A stretch of 64,000 nucleotides of DNA from Felis catus (taxonomy: Eukaryota). Below, one piece after another: positions 25,051 to 39,059 of this stretch. The translations under genes were made by a program, and so were the position numbers. Within the stretch, counting starts at the first letter, position 1. Each line of letters starts with the position of its first letter. The stretch is taken from assembly GCF_018350175.1 (NCBI RefSeq), contig NC_058368.1, positions 37,946,001 to 38,010,000 on the forward strand, read 5' to 3'. The notes beneath the pieces are model-generated. The model searched no databases. It worked only from the letters and a program-made list of their open reading frames with translations, and was not told the DNA's origin.

Positions 25051-26060
25051 TCAAATAACTTTTTAACCACTAAGACTTCTTTTAAGATCCTCACTTTTTC
25101 TGTGATCACCAGCACTAAACATATCACAAAAATGTCCTAATCCCAACTAGATATCCATATTAGGAAACCCAATTTAAATCTTTTGAGTGTAGCTCTTTTC
25201 CACGCCTGTGAATATCAACCCATGGCCTCTCTTTCTAAGACACTGTTAAATTTCTGTCAAGATAGTGTTCTCTCTGCCTTAAGTAGGCTCCATAAACAGA
25301 TCTATTTGATCAGTGGATATCATTTGGGGAAGTTTGCTGTCATGAAGCCCAGAGCCTCAAGTATATTCAATTGAAAGCCCCTCTTTGCTGAGGCTCAAAA
25401 CCTCAGTTTAAAAGCAGCATGTTCCTCTGAGATCTTTTAGCCTTCCTCTTAGGGATCCTTCTATTGAGGAAAAATGAGAAAGGCTTTATAATGGTTTGTG
25501 CCATAATTTCTCTTTGTCCTGCTCCCAAATTTTGAGTTTATTTTGATTTCTAAGCATTCAACAAAGAAATCTTTTTAGTGTTTCTTCAAGTAACTGATCT
25601 TATTTGGAAACTTACATTCTTTGTTTTTTTTTTTTTAATTTTTATTTTTTAATTTACATCCAAGTTAGTTAGCATATAGTGCAATGAGTTCAGGAGTAGA
25701 ATCCAGTGATTCATCCCTTGCAGATAACACTCAGTGCTCATCCCAACAAGTGTCTTCCTTATGCCCCTTACCCATTTAGCCCATCCCCCTACCTACAACC
25801 CCTCCAGCAACACTCAGTTTGTTCTCTATATTTAAGAGTCTCATGTTTTGTCCCTCTCCCTGTTTTTTTTTTATTTTTTCCTTCTCTTTCTCTATGTTTA
25901 TCTCTTTTGTATCTTAAATTCCACATATGATATTTGTATTTCTCTGACAGACTAATTTTACTTAGCATAATACCCTCTAGTTCCATCCACGTAGTTGCAA
26001 ATGGCAAGATTTCATTCTTTTTATTGCCAAGTAATACTCCATTGTGTGTGTGTGTGTGTA

Positions 26061-26095
<35 letters not shown>

Positions 26096-27409
26096 ATATG
26101 TATATGTATGTGTATATATACATATATATATTGTTTATCCATTCATCTGTCAATGGACATTTAGCCTCTTTCCATACTTTGGCTATTGTCAATAGCGCTG
26201 CTATAAACATTGGGGTGCATATGTCCCTTCAAAGCAGCTCACCTACCTGCATTCTTTGGATAAATACCTAGTAGTGCAAATGTTGGGTTATAGAGTAATT
26301 CTATTTTTAATTTTTGAGGAACCTCCATACTGTTTTCCAGAGTGGCTGCACCAGTTTGCATTCCCATCAGCACTGCAAACTAGTTCCCTTTCTCTGCATC
26401 CTCGACAACATCTGTTGTTGCCTGAATTGTTAATTTTATCTGTTCTGACTGGTGTGAGGTGATATCTCACTGTGGCTTTGATTTGTATTTCCCTGATGAT
26501 GAGTGATGTTGAGCATTTTTTCATGTGTTTGTTAGCCATCTGGATGTCTTCTTTGGAAAAGTTTCTATTCATGTCTTTGGCCCATTTCTTCACTGGATTA
26601 TTAGTTTTTTGGGTGTTGAGTTTGATAAGTTCTTTATAAATTTTGGATAATAACCCTTTATTGGATATGTCATTTGCAAATATCTTCATCTATTCTGTCA
26701 GTGGCCTTTTAGTTTTGCTGATTGTTTCCTTCACTGTACAGAAGTTTTGTTTTGTTTTTTGTTTTTCTTGATGAGGTCCCGATAGTTAATTTTGGCTTTT
26801 GTTTTCCTTGCTTCTGGAGATGGGAGTAAGAAGTTGCTGTAGCCGAGGTCAAAGAGGTGTTGCCTGCTTTCTCCTCGAGGATTTTGATGGCTTCCTGACT
26901 TACATTGAGGTCTTTCATCCATTTTGAGTTTATTTTTGTATATGGTGTAAGAAAGTGGTCCAGGTTCATTCTTCTGCATGTCGCTGTCCAGTTTTCCCAG
27001 CACCACTTGCTGAAGAGACTGTCTTTATTCCATTGAATATTCTTTCCTGCTTTGTCAAAGATTAGTTGGCCATATGTTTGTGGGTCCATTTCTGGGTTCT
27101 CTATTCTGTTCCATTGATCCGAATGTCTGTTTTTGTGCCAGTACCATACTGTCGTGATGATTACAGCTTTGTAATACATCTTGAAGTCCAGGATTGTGAT
27201 GCCTCCAGCTTCGGTTTTCTTTTTCAAGATTGTTTTGGCTATTTGGGGTATTTTCTGGTTCCATACAAATTTTCGAATTGTGTGTTCTAGCTCTGTGAAG
27301 AATGCTGGTGTTATTTTGATAGGGATTACACTGGATATGTAGATTGTTTTGGGTAGCATCGACATTTAACAATATTTCTTATTCCAATCCAGGAGCATGG
27401 ATTATTTTT

Positions 27410-27447
<38 letters not shown>

Positions 27448-28355
27448 TGCTATAATTTCTTTCATAAGCTTTTAAGCTTTCTATATTTTTAAGTGTATAG
27501 ATTTTTCATCTTTTTGGTTAGGTTTATTCCTAGGTATTTTATGGTTTTTGGTGCAATTGTAAATGAGATCGATTCTTTGATTTCTCTTTCTGTTTCTTCA
27601 TTATTGGTGTATAGAAATGCAACTGATTTCTGTGCATTGATTTTATATCCTGTGACGTTGCTGAATTCATGGATCAGTTCTACCAGTTTTTTGGTGGAAT
27701 CTTTTGGGTTTTCCATATAAAGTATCATGTCATCTGTGAAGAGTTAAAGTTTGACTTCCTCCTTGCCAGTTTGGATGCCTTGTATTCCTTTGTGTTGTCT
27801 CATTGCTGAGGTTAGGACTTCCAATACTATGTTGAATAATAGTGATAAGAGAGTGGACATTCCTGTCCTATTCATGACCTTAGAGGGAAGCTCTCAGTTT
27901 TCTCCCATTGAAGATGATATTAGTGGTGGGTCTCTCATATATGGCTTTTATGATGTTTAAGTATGTTCCTTCTATCCCGACTTTCTCAAGGGTTTTTATG
28001 AAGAAAGGATGCTGTATTTTGTCAAATGCTTTCTCTGCATCTATTGAGAGTATCATGTGTTTCTTGTCCTTTCTTTTATTAATGTAATGTATCACATTGA
28101 TTGATTTGCAGATATTTGAACCAGACTTGCAACACAGGTATAAATCCCATTTGATTGTGGTGAACAATTCTTTTAATGTTTATTGGATCTGGTTGGCTGG
28201 CATCTTGTTGAGAATTTGAATCCATGTTCATCAGGGAAGTTCATCTGTAGTTTTCCTTTTTAGTGAGGTCTTTGTCTGGTTTTGGAATCAAGATAATGGA
28301 AGTTTTACTTCCATTTCTATTTTTTGGAACAGCTTCAAAAGAATAGCTGTTAACT

Positions 28356-28577
28356 TTTATTTTTTTTATGTTTTTTAATGTTTATATTTTAAAGAGAGAG
28401 AGACAGAGACAGAGCATGAGCAGGGAAGGGACAGAGAAGGAGGCACAAAATACGAAGCAGGTTCCATGCTCTAAGCTGTCAGCATAGAGCCCAACATGAG
28501 GCTCAAACCCACAAGCTTTGAGATCATGACCTGAGCCGAAGTCAGATGATCAACTGACTGAGCCACCCAGGTGCCCC
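28356..28577 (-). mobile_element. CanSINE inside L1 ORF2
   Basis: TSD aatagctgttaact. Confidence 0.93.
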
Positions 28578-30539
28578 AATAGCTGTTAACTCTTCTTTAA
28601 ATGTTTGGCTAGAATTCTCCCGGAAAGCCATCCAACCCTGGACACTTGTTTTGGGGATTTTTTTTTGTTTGTTTATTACTAATTCCATTTATTTACTGGC
28701 TATGGGTCTGTTCAAAGTTTTATATTTCTTCCTGTTTGAGTTTTAGTAGTTTATATGTTTCCAGGAATTTGTCCATTTCTTCCAGATTCCCATTTTATTG
28801 GCATATAATTGCTCTTAATATTCTCTTATTATTGTTCGTATTTCTGCTGTGTTGGTTGTAATCTCTCCTTTTTCATTCTTGATTTTATTTATTTGGGTCA
28901 TTTCCTTTTTTCTTTTTGATCAAACCGGCTAGGGGGTTATCAGTTTTGTTAATTCTTTCAAAGAACCAGCTCCTGGTTTCATTGATCTGTTCTACCGTTT
29001 TGTTTTTGTTTTTGTTTCATTTCAGTATCATTGATTTCTGCTTTCATCTTTATTATTTCCTGTCTTCTGCTGGTTTTGGGTTTTATTTGCTGTCCTTTTT
29101 CCATCCCTTTAAGGTGTAAGGTTAGGTTGCATATCTGAAACCTTTCTTCCTTCTTTAGGAAGGCATGGATTGCTATGTACTTTCCTGTTATGACTGTTTT
29201 GCTGTGCCCCAGAAGTTTTGGGCTGTGGTATTATCAGTTTCATTGGATTCCATATACTTTTTAATTTCCTCTTTAATTTCTTGGTTAGCCCATTCATTCT
29301 TTAGTAGGATGCTCTTTAACCTCCAAGTATTCATGGTCTTTCCAAATTTTTTCTCGTGGTTGATTTCTAGTTTCAGAGCGTTGTGGTCTAAAAGTATGCA
29401 CGGTATGATTTCAACCTTTTTGTACTTGTTGAGGGCTAATTTGTGTCCTAGTATGTGATCCAATCTGGAGAATGTTTCATGTTCACTCTAGAAGAATATG
29501 TACTCCACTGCTTTAGGTTGAAATGTTCTGAATATATCTGTTAAGTCCATCCGGTCCAGTGTATCATTCACAGCCATTGTTTCCTTGTTTATTTTCTCCT
29601 TAGATTATCTGTTCACTGTTCTATATGGGGTGTTGACATCTCCTACTATTATGGTATTACTATCAATGAGTTTCTTTATGTTTGTGATTAATTGATTTAT
29701 ATATTTGGGTTCTTTCATGATGGGGACATAAATATTTATAATTATTAGATCTTCTTGGTGAATGGACACCTTAATTATGATATAATGCCCTTCTTCACTT
29801 CTTGTTACAGAGTTTATTTTAAAATCTAGATTGTCTGATATAAGTATTGCTACTCTGGCTTTCTTTTGGTGACCGTTAGCCTGATAGATGATTCTCCATC
29901 CTCTTACTTTCAATCTGAAGGTGTCTTTAGGTCTAAAATTGGTCTCTTGTAAACAGCATATAGATGGATCTTGTTTTCTTATCCATTCTGCTATCCTATG
30001 TCTTTTGATGGGAGCATTTAGTCCATTGATGTTTAGAGTGAGTCCTGAAAGATATGAACTTATTGCAGTTGTTTTGCCTGTAGAGTTGGAGTTTTGGTAG
30101 TGTTCTCTGGTCCTTTCTAGTCTTTGCTGCTTTTGATCTTTTTCATTCTGTTTATCTTTTCTCCTCTTAGAGAGCCCCTCTTAAATTTCTTGCATTGCTA
30201 GTTTGTGGTTAAAATCTCTTTTAGTTTTTGTTTTGTCTGAGAAACTCTATTTCTCCTTCTATTTTGAATGACAACCTTGCTGGATAAGGCATTCTTGACT
30301 GCATACTTTTCCAATTCAGCACCTTGAATATATCCTGCCACTCCTTTATGGCCTGCCAAATTTTGGTGGACAGGTCTGATGTGAACCTTATCTGTCTTCC
30401 TTACAGCTTAAGGACCTTTATGCCCTTGCTGCTTTTATAATTCTTTCCTTGTCTGTGTATTTTGTGATATTGACTATGATACACCTTGTTGATGGTGGTT
30501 TTTGTTGAATCTAATTGCAGTTCTTTGTGCTTCTTGGAT

Positions 30540-30762
30540 TTTTTTTTTAATTTTTTTTTCAACGTTTATTTATTTTTGGGACAGAGAGAAACAGAGCATG
30601 AACAGGGGAGGGGCAGAGAGAGAGGGAGACACAGAATCGGAAACAGGCTCCAGGCTCTCAGCCATCAGCCCAGAGCCCGACATGGGGCTCGAACTCACAG
30701 ACCGCGAGATCATGACCTGGCTGAAGTCGGACGCTTAACCGACTGCGCCACCCAGGCGCCCC
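30540..30762 (-). mobile_element. young SINEC_Fc-type CanSINE inside L1 ORF1
   Basis: TSD tgtgcttcttggattt. Confidence 0.96.
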
Positions 30763-33700
30763 TGTGCTTCTTGGATTTTGATGTATGTGTATTTCCCCAG
30801 GTTAGGAAAGTTTTCTGCTATGATTTGCTCACATTAACTTTCTATGCCTTTTTTTCTCTCTTTGTCTTCTGTGACTCCTATGATTTAGATGTTATTCCTT
30901 TTTAATGAGTCACTGAGTTATCTAATTCTTATATCATGTTCTTTTGCCTTAGATTCCCTCTTTTTTTTTTTCTTCACTATTCTCCATAAGTTTGTCTTCT
31001 GTATTCCTGAGTCTCTGCTCTGCTTCATCCATCGTTGCAACTGTGGCATCCATTCGAGATTGCATCTCAGTTATTGCCTTTTTAATGTTGTCCTGACTGG
31101 ATTTTACTTCTTTTATCTCTACAGAAAGAAATTCTATGCTTTTTTCAACCCCAGCTAGTATTCTTACTTACTATTGTGATTTGAAATTATGGTCAGACAT
31201 CTTGCTTATATCTGTGTTGATTAAGTCCCTGGATGTCATTTCTTCCTCTTCTTTCTTTTGGGGTGAATTCCTTCATTACATCATTTTGGAGGAAGAAAAA
31301 TAATAGAATAAAAAGTACAATTAAAAAACTTAAAAACAACACAAAAAACCTAATAAACGAAGCTAGATCCTAGGTGTGTTTTGGTATGGTTGTTGAAAGA
31401 AGCTTGATAGAATAGAGATAACAGGAAAATAAAAGAAAAGAAAAAAAAGGAGCAAAAGTAAGAAAGCAAAAGTAAGAAAATGTTTAAAAATTTTAAAAGA
31501 TGCATACGAAAAAGTAGAATAAAATGTAATGGAGAAAGTAAAATAGACTAAAACATTTACAAAAAATAACTTCAAAATATATTGGAAAAAAAATCTTTTT
31601 TATAAAAACAGAAAATAATTTTTTTTTTCTCTTTCTGTATCCAAGAATAAGAAACAAAGCAAGCAAACCAGTGAATAGATGGACCAGTGAGCAGAATGAA
31701 ATCTGAATGAAATTACATCCAGTTTCCCCTAGAAGTCAAACTAATAGGCACTTTATAGTCCTTACACTAAGCAGGGGGAAGAGACTTGTAGTAGTCCTCT
31801 AGGGCTTGGTTGGCACAGTTTGATGGGGCTTAGTATAATGGCTCCATTCTCCACTAGGTGGAGCTGATAGCTTACTGGGGTGGATCAGTGTGAGGCATGT
31901 GTGTGTGTGTGCACATGCATGGGGAAAGTAAAAATGGTGTCACCCAGCTTCCCAGTCTCTAGTATCAGAACTCTGTGCTCTTGTGGACTGTCAGTCAGGT
32001 ACCCCTACTTTTTCTCCAGCTTCCTTCCACTCCCCACTTCTACACTGTCCATGACCAAGCCATCAGCCTGCCAAGTGGCACCTCCCTCCTGGATTTTATT
32101 TCAGATGGGGCCATTTTTCCAAACTCGTCACTTCTGAGGCCCTGCAGCTTGAACCCACTCTGACTCTCTGGGGGTGGGTCTCGCCAAGCAATGATCGGGT
32201 GCCAGGCTGCCCCAGAAAAGTTTCATGTGCTTGTGTAGCAGCAGCAGTTCAGGAACTATGGTGAATCACAACACACTTCTGGCACCAGGCTTCACCACAC
32301 CCTAGCATCCTTGTTCCATACATGAGCAAACATAGCTGTGATCTGGGGTCTGCTGGGACCTTTGCCTGTGGGGAGGTTGCATAGCCTCTACCAGATGTCC
32401 TCCCAGCAAGGGAACCGTCTCTCCCCATGTGACCTGAGGACCCCTTGGACCTTGCTGTCTGCTCCTAGGGATTCACTCTTCCCACCAGAGCACTGCCAGG
32501 TATCTAGCTGTGGAGTTTCCAACTCTGTGCTCCCCTGTTTATAGAGTCTTAATGGTATTGAAACCCTGTATGTCCTTCTTTCTCTGTTTCTTGTTCATTT
32601 CCTTGCAGGTGTTTCCACTCTTTTTCTTTCTCTCCAGTGGCTTTCAAGGGGAGTGTGCTTTTCCTGTACTCTCCCCCCATCTCCATCCTCTCTCTGCAAA
32701 CAAAAACAGTTCCCTACCCTCTGCGGCTTCTCTCTTTGCCAGTTCACCTCTCCACACTGCGTACCTGCTGAGTTCTGTGGCTCAAGTTATGCAGATTGTT
32801 ATGTTAGTCCTCAGATCAATTTTCTAGGTGTATTAAATGGATTGGTACTGATGTAGCTGCATTTCAGGGATGATTGAGAATTTCCATGCTGCTCTGCCAT
32901 CTTGGCCCCTACCCTCTGGAAACTTATGTTCTTAATGTGAATCTGCCTTGTTATTAACAACACTATTCCTTGTCTCTCTCCTTGTCTTCATCCATTTTGT
33001 TAGAGTGTCTTTAAGCAATTATTCACAGGGAAGAGAACACACATAGTATGATAAGATCAAAAGTTCTCCAATTTAGACATCTTATAGCATAAACTTTGCC
33101 TTGGGTCACCTTATAAAAATCTTGAACCTGTCTTATACTGTTTGTTTAAAGTATGGCGCTAGGAAAATCTCTTCTCTAAAAATGTCCTCTTCTAAGAATA
33201 ACAAATTTATTGATGCTGCCACAGGAAATGATCTATCATTAGTTTGGGTCCCCTAAATCACAAGATGCACAAGTGTTATATGTGACCAGCTATAGCCAAA
33301 CTCTCATGCCTTAGACTGACTTTAACTCAGTCTAAGTGTAGTCACTCTTGGATTGATTGATATGATCCTATCTTAACCTGTGCTTCTTCCCATTGTATCT
33401 ACCCAGTGGCCTTCTCTAATGGCCATTTAGGAGTCAGTGCAAATGTATTATAGTTCATGTTAAGTGCTTTTATTGTTCAGAGTAGAGAAATATTGTCAAA
33501 GCTTTTTAGTGGTTAGAGAATATATGTAGACATTTAGAGATCATTTAGAGTTGATATGTTAATATATAATCTGATGCTCTGTAATATTTCCCAATTATGT
33601 AATACATAAATTGGGTCCTCAGATTAATCAACAACAACAAAAACAAAAACAACACCTTGAACAGAAAAGTCAAAATGATGACTTTAGAGTCCATGAATTT

Positions 33701-34320
33701 TAGATACAAGGTCTTTGGAGACCACCCCTAATTCTTTCCTGTGTAAACACATGGGACTCTAATGCAGTCTTTAAAGTAGTGAAAGGATGAATCCACTGGG
33801 AAGTTCAAGGATAAATTTACTCTTTAATGTATTTACATAGCTTTGAAATAGATCTTTAAGAAAATGTGACCACAACTATCTCTTGACTTTTTAAAAATAG
33901 ACTGAAGCCAGAAAATACAAGATTTAGCTTACAAACAGAAACTAATAAGAAATCAAACAGACACTAATAAGAAATCATCCTGTTTTCAAGTCTCCAAAAT
34001 GTTGCTGAATATTTTGAAAGAGCCTTAGAATAAAAGTAGAATAATACCCAGCATAAACTAATGACTCAGGCAACACAATTAAATTCTCCCACTAAAGTTA
34101 CCAAACATCAGAGGAGGAATCCATTTGATAAAGATACCTGTAGATATCATAAGCAAAGAGTATACTGGAAAAAGAATTGTCTTGTAATAGCTTAGGGATA
34201 TGAAGAAAAATAATGTAGTAGATAATCAGTGAATGTGCTGTAAGGGAGAATCAAGTACCCAATTATTCCTTTTACTCTTAAACTCAGAAAGAGAAATTTC
34301 CTGAAATGTTAAAAGACAAC

Positions 34321-34711
34321 TGTGATAGTTAATTTTATATGTCATTTTGACTGGGCCACAATGTGCCCTGATAGTTGAGGATGTCTGTGAGAGCCTGTAA
34401 AGTAGATATACTACTCCAATGGAGGTGGGCCTCATCCAATCCATTCAAGACCTAAATAGAATAAAAGCTGAGCAGGAAAGAATTATCTCTCTCTGCCTAA
34501 CTATTTTTGAGATGGGACATCAGTCTTCTCCTGCATTCTCAGACTAAAATTTATACCATTTGCTCTCCCATTTTTCAGGCTTCTGGACTTGATTAGAAGT
34601 TCTACCATCAGCTCTCCTGAGTCTCTACTTGCCAACTGCAGATCTTAGGATTTCTAGCCTCCACAAATACATTAGTCATTTCTGTTTCTCTGGAAAACCC
34701 CATGGAATACA
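34321..34711 (+). mobile_element. MLT2-type 5' LTR of ERVL
   Basis: starts tgtgatagttaattttatatgtcattttgactgggccac; contains gtgggcctcatccaatcca; ends tctgtttctctggaaaaccc...aataca. Confidence 0.9.
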
Positions 34712-36818
34712 GATTTTTGGCAGTGAGATTGGTTCTAGAGAAACAGAACTTCAAGGGTGAGTTTTCTGAATTGCTCCTGACATTTCTGGAATGAAACTCT
34801 CTACTTTGCCTAGATTTAAAGATGCTAATGGCTATTTCCTGTGTTAAAGATATGCAAAATCTCTCCCCATTGGATATTCCTAATCAAGCACTTCTAAGAA
34901 GCCAGGAGCTGGGTGGTAGTGTATATGATATTTCCAAACATTTTTGAAAAACTAATGAATATTATGAGGTTAGCTGGCTGCTTCTAATGTCTGTCAATAA
35001 AGTGGTAAAAGAAAAGGATGAGATCAGGGAATCAAATCCCCAGCTCAGTCACCCCAGAAATGGCCTTATATCTTCTCTGTGTGCATTGAAGGAGATTTAA
35101 TGGCTGTAGCCATAGGCTGAGTTTGCTGAAAAGCACATGCAGAACCTCATCCTGTGATTGGTTAAATTATAGTGCAAGTAGAACTCCCAATCTTGCAGGT
35201 GTCTGTTAAAGTGAGGGCACTGATTGGGAAAGAATGAGATATTTCATGTTGGAATAGGGATAACTGGTATGCCTGAGGAAACTGGAAACACTGAACCCAT
35301 AATTTTCTGATGAATTTTCTTTGCTAGTGGAAGATGCCTCACCAGCCCCAGTGGTAGTATCCTCCCCATCCCAGTCTGCATTGCTTGAAGAAATGGTAAT
35401 AACTCCCCTGAGGCAGTTGCCATTCAAGGCAGTGCTGTTTGTCCTCAGACTCACCCCCACCATGCCTTTTTGTTTCTAGATTTATAACTTGACTCAAGTC
35501 CCAGCAGACTCCTAAAGGTAAAGTACAGGATGTGACCCACAAGGAAGTGCACTACAGTCCAAAAGAACTTCTTGTGTTTTTAATGTATATAAATAGAAAT
35601 CCAGGAACATGTGTAAGAATGGATAATGAGAGGGTGGTATAATGATGGAAGGAACATAAGAGTTAGATCAGGCTGAATTTTGATATGGGCTCATTAAGCA
35701 GAGAGTTTACATTTAATTTTGCAGCTCAGGAAGTTAGGATGGGCTCTAATAGTTTTTTGGTTGGTTGGCTGAAACATGGACTAAACAGCAGCTCACAGTG
35801 AGTAAATTAGAGATGCAGACTGGCTGAGGAAAAGATTGAAAGACTTAAGCAAATTGAAATGTTAGAGTGGATTTGTCCTGTAAGACATATGTGCCCACAT
35901 TAACACTGGGAGGGTCTAGAAGGCCTATTTTTCATCTCAACTGTGAGAAATAAATTTGGGAGAGGAGTCCCAGAATCCTTGAAGAGCTCTGTCATTGAAA
36001 TTACCTATAGTTCATGCCTAACTGGTGACTGCAGGCAATGATTTGGGAAACCTCAATACGATAGGAGTAATTGGATCCTATTGGGAGGACCAAGTGGCTG
36101 CTACTTGGCTGTAGTGACTATAATGGACAACAGAGTCAAAGCAGCAATCAGAATAGTCTAACTGCCCAGACTTTATGGTGTTGGCTAGTTAATCATGGTG
36201 TTCCTAGAAGTGACATAGATAGAAAGTCTAATAAATTGTTACTTGATGTATGTAAGCTAAAAAGTTTGAGATAAAAGAGCAAAAATCCATCCTGAATCAT
36301 AAAAATGGAGAGTCATGACTCCTCAATCAGTTCTTAGACTTGAGACAGTGTAGCGTTCCAGAACATTTCAAATAAAGGGAAGGCTATATCCCTTTAAGGA
36401 AGGACCCTCATACACTGTCAGATTGATACTATTCGTATTTCTTTCACTCAGCTTTCCTCAAAGGGCCCTATAAACTTTTACCAGGATAATTGTGGACTGG
36501 AGAAAAGGAAATAATGAGATTTGGGGAGGCCTACTGGACAAAGGTTTTAAATTGACATTAATTCCAGGAGAACCAAAATACTACTGTGACTTACCAGTCA
36601 GAGTAGTGACTTATGGAGGTCAAGTGATCAATAGAATTTTAGGTCAGATCTGTCTCACAGTGTGCAGAGTGGTTCAGAAACCCATCCCATGGCTGTTTCT
36701 CCATTGCCAAAATGTATAATTGGAGTAGATATTCTGAGAATCTGGCAGAATGCCCGCATTAGTTCCCTGCCCTGTGGAATAAGATCTATTGTGGTGGGAA
36801 AGGCCAAATGCAAGCCAC
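34712..36818 (+). mobile_element. ERVL internal region: decayed leader, gag and protease, truncated before RT
   Basis: gatttttgg...ggttctagagaaacagaa leader; gag LWCWLVNHGVPRSDIDRK; protease LLDKGFKLTLIPGEPK and CIIGVDILRIWQN...GIRSIVVGKAKCKP. Confidence 0.9.
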
Positions 36819-38454
36819 AAGTGGATCTTTTGAAGTGTGTAATTAATCCCAACTTTTACCTTCTAACTGGTAGACAGTGTTTGAGCCACATAAAATTTAC
36901 GGACAGCTGTACTATTCATTTTTAGTATCATGATTTGTTTCTCTCTTTTTTGTCTTTGCCTTTCTCTTTTTTTTCTTTGTCTATCCTTCTTTCCTCTTTC
37001 CCTCTCTACTTTTCTCTTCTGCATCGTCAAGCGATTTTAGTTTATATGTCTGTGTTCTATTTAATGCATTTTTTAAGCCACATTAAATCATTTCTGGAAG
37101 ATGATTATTTTAACTAAATAAAGGAATAAATAAATGACAGTATAAACTTTAATTTACATTTGGATCCACTTGCATTCCTTTTTGTCTATTATAGTAAAAT
37201 TTTACTTCAAAATTATGTCATATTGAAAGAAAAATATCAAAAAAGGAAAAATGTTAAGGATATAAATATATTTGGGGACAATAAATAAAATAGAGGTATA
37301 GAACTATTGGTAGTTAAAGCCACCAGACATTGAACTGTATGTCTAGATGCAAGTAGAGAACAATATATTTTGATTACTACAGAATAAGGAATCCAAAGTA
37401 AAGAAGAAGATTACGTGCTTGAACACAAGAATGGTGTACATATTTCCCTTATTCCTGATATAAGGCTAAAACACTCTATTGTTGTTTGCCCCTTGGGGAT
37501 ACACTTACATTTTAATGAAGATATCAGAGAGAGGATTTGAGTACAATTCCATATTGTGGGAAATAATTGTCCCTATATGGTTATACTTAAAATCCCCAAA
37601 TGAAGAATTGACACATATCCTGCTGCATGGTGACAGAATCCACAATATTTTCACCATCACTATGGGGCAAGAGATCTGAAGTCATCATATAAGGTTTGAT
37701 TCTGGACTGAAGACTTCAGAGAACTGAGTGGAGACAACGATAAAACCAAAGTCAAATCCCCTTCCACTGAAAGATCTGCAAACCCAAATTCTAAATTAGA
37801 TATGTAAGAAAAAAACATCTAATGCTAGAAAGGCAGCCATAAAAATAAACTACACAATTAGTTGATGCTTTTAAGAATTAATGTCATAAAATAATTAAAA
37901 TACTTTAAGAAATTTTTGTAATTATCTTCAAAAGAAAATGATGAGGTAATATCCATAAGTAACAAGAAATAAAGGACAAAATCATACAGAAACGAAAGAA
38001 AACTGGAGGGTATAAAAATAGATATCTTATGAAGAGCATAGTCATTAAATTAATAATACAGTTAATCAAGGATGCTGACCATTAGATCAATCTTTAATAA
38101 AAATAATTCTTATCTACATCAGAAATAGCCAATCTAGATATTAAATACAAAGCAAAAATTCTGTCTTCTGTAATGACAGAAATTGTAAGCTACATTGAAA
38201 TAAACTATACAAATATTGTATGAACCTCTTAGGAATAAAATGATAAATCATATTAAAATAGATAAAAGGCCATTAATAAACTGAGACATAAAAACACAAT
38301 GAAATGGCAAACTCAGCTTTATAAAGATGTCAATATCTGTGGATTAATTGGCAAATTCAATGAAACCCCATTCACAAATCACATTGGTTTGTTGATTGGT
38401 TGGTTGATTGGTAAAAGTTGTCTAGGTGATACTAAAATCCATAAAAAATTAAAA

Positions 38455-39050
38455 GGGGCTTCTTTTGCCACCCAATATGGACCAACAGGGACTTGATTTA
38501 TACTTCTGTTTGAAACAAAGACAAAATAGCTAAAACATTTTAAATAACAGATTTCAAGACACCACACAGCAAACAAGGGGCAGTGATTGTGAAAGATGAG
38601 GAACAAACAAGGCTACCCCTATGATTGTCCACCCTCACTTCCTTGATGGAGTTTCCAGGCCATGGTCCAAGGGGAGGAATGCAGGCATAGCTCAGTAGAC
38701 TTCTTGATTTGAGGGGAATGAGCTGAGGGTTTACAAAGACCAAGATGGCAATGGTAGTTCATAGATCAGACTAATAAAGTAGAGGTAGATATCAAGAACC
38801 CTGCACAGGGTGCCTCCCAAATATTGAGCTGAATATTGATAAGCACATATGTGTGAGAATAAGGCCAGTGAAGGGACTAAAGGATAAGTGTGACAATGCC
38901 AGTGCCCTAGATTCAGGGCCTCCTCCTATCATCCTGCGTGGAAACCTCGTAATTCACATGGCACTGGTGTGAGTACATAGAAAGTATTGTGGGAGTAATG
39001 AGAAATAATAACCCTAGAGGAATACTACTCTGGTCTCACCTAACAAATAT
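38455..39050 (+). mobile_element. old L1 5'UTR fragment (L1M4-like)
   Basis: aacagggacttgatttatacttctg...aacagatttcaagacac...ggcagtgattgtgaaagatgaggaacaaacaagg. Confidence 0.55.
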
Positions 39051-39059
39051 GGTAAACAT

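Larger units (their letters stand above)
25622..32916 (-). mobile_element. full-length, inactivated carnivore L1 (5'UTR, ORF1, ORF2, 3'UTR, polyA)
   Basis: 5' start ggggccaagatggc; endonuclease (KARVAILISD, IIVGD, DHILGHK), RT ([26 protein letters not shown]) and C-terminal ORF2 fragments in order; TSD tggaaacttacattctt/tggaaacttatgttctt. Confidence 0.95.

Noticed and set aside
26709..27365. 218-aa ORF, longest in the window
   Set aside because: It is a fragment of L1 ORF2; the element is frameshifted and SINE-interrupted, so it is not active.
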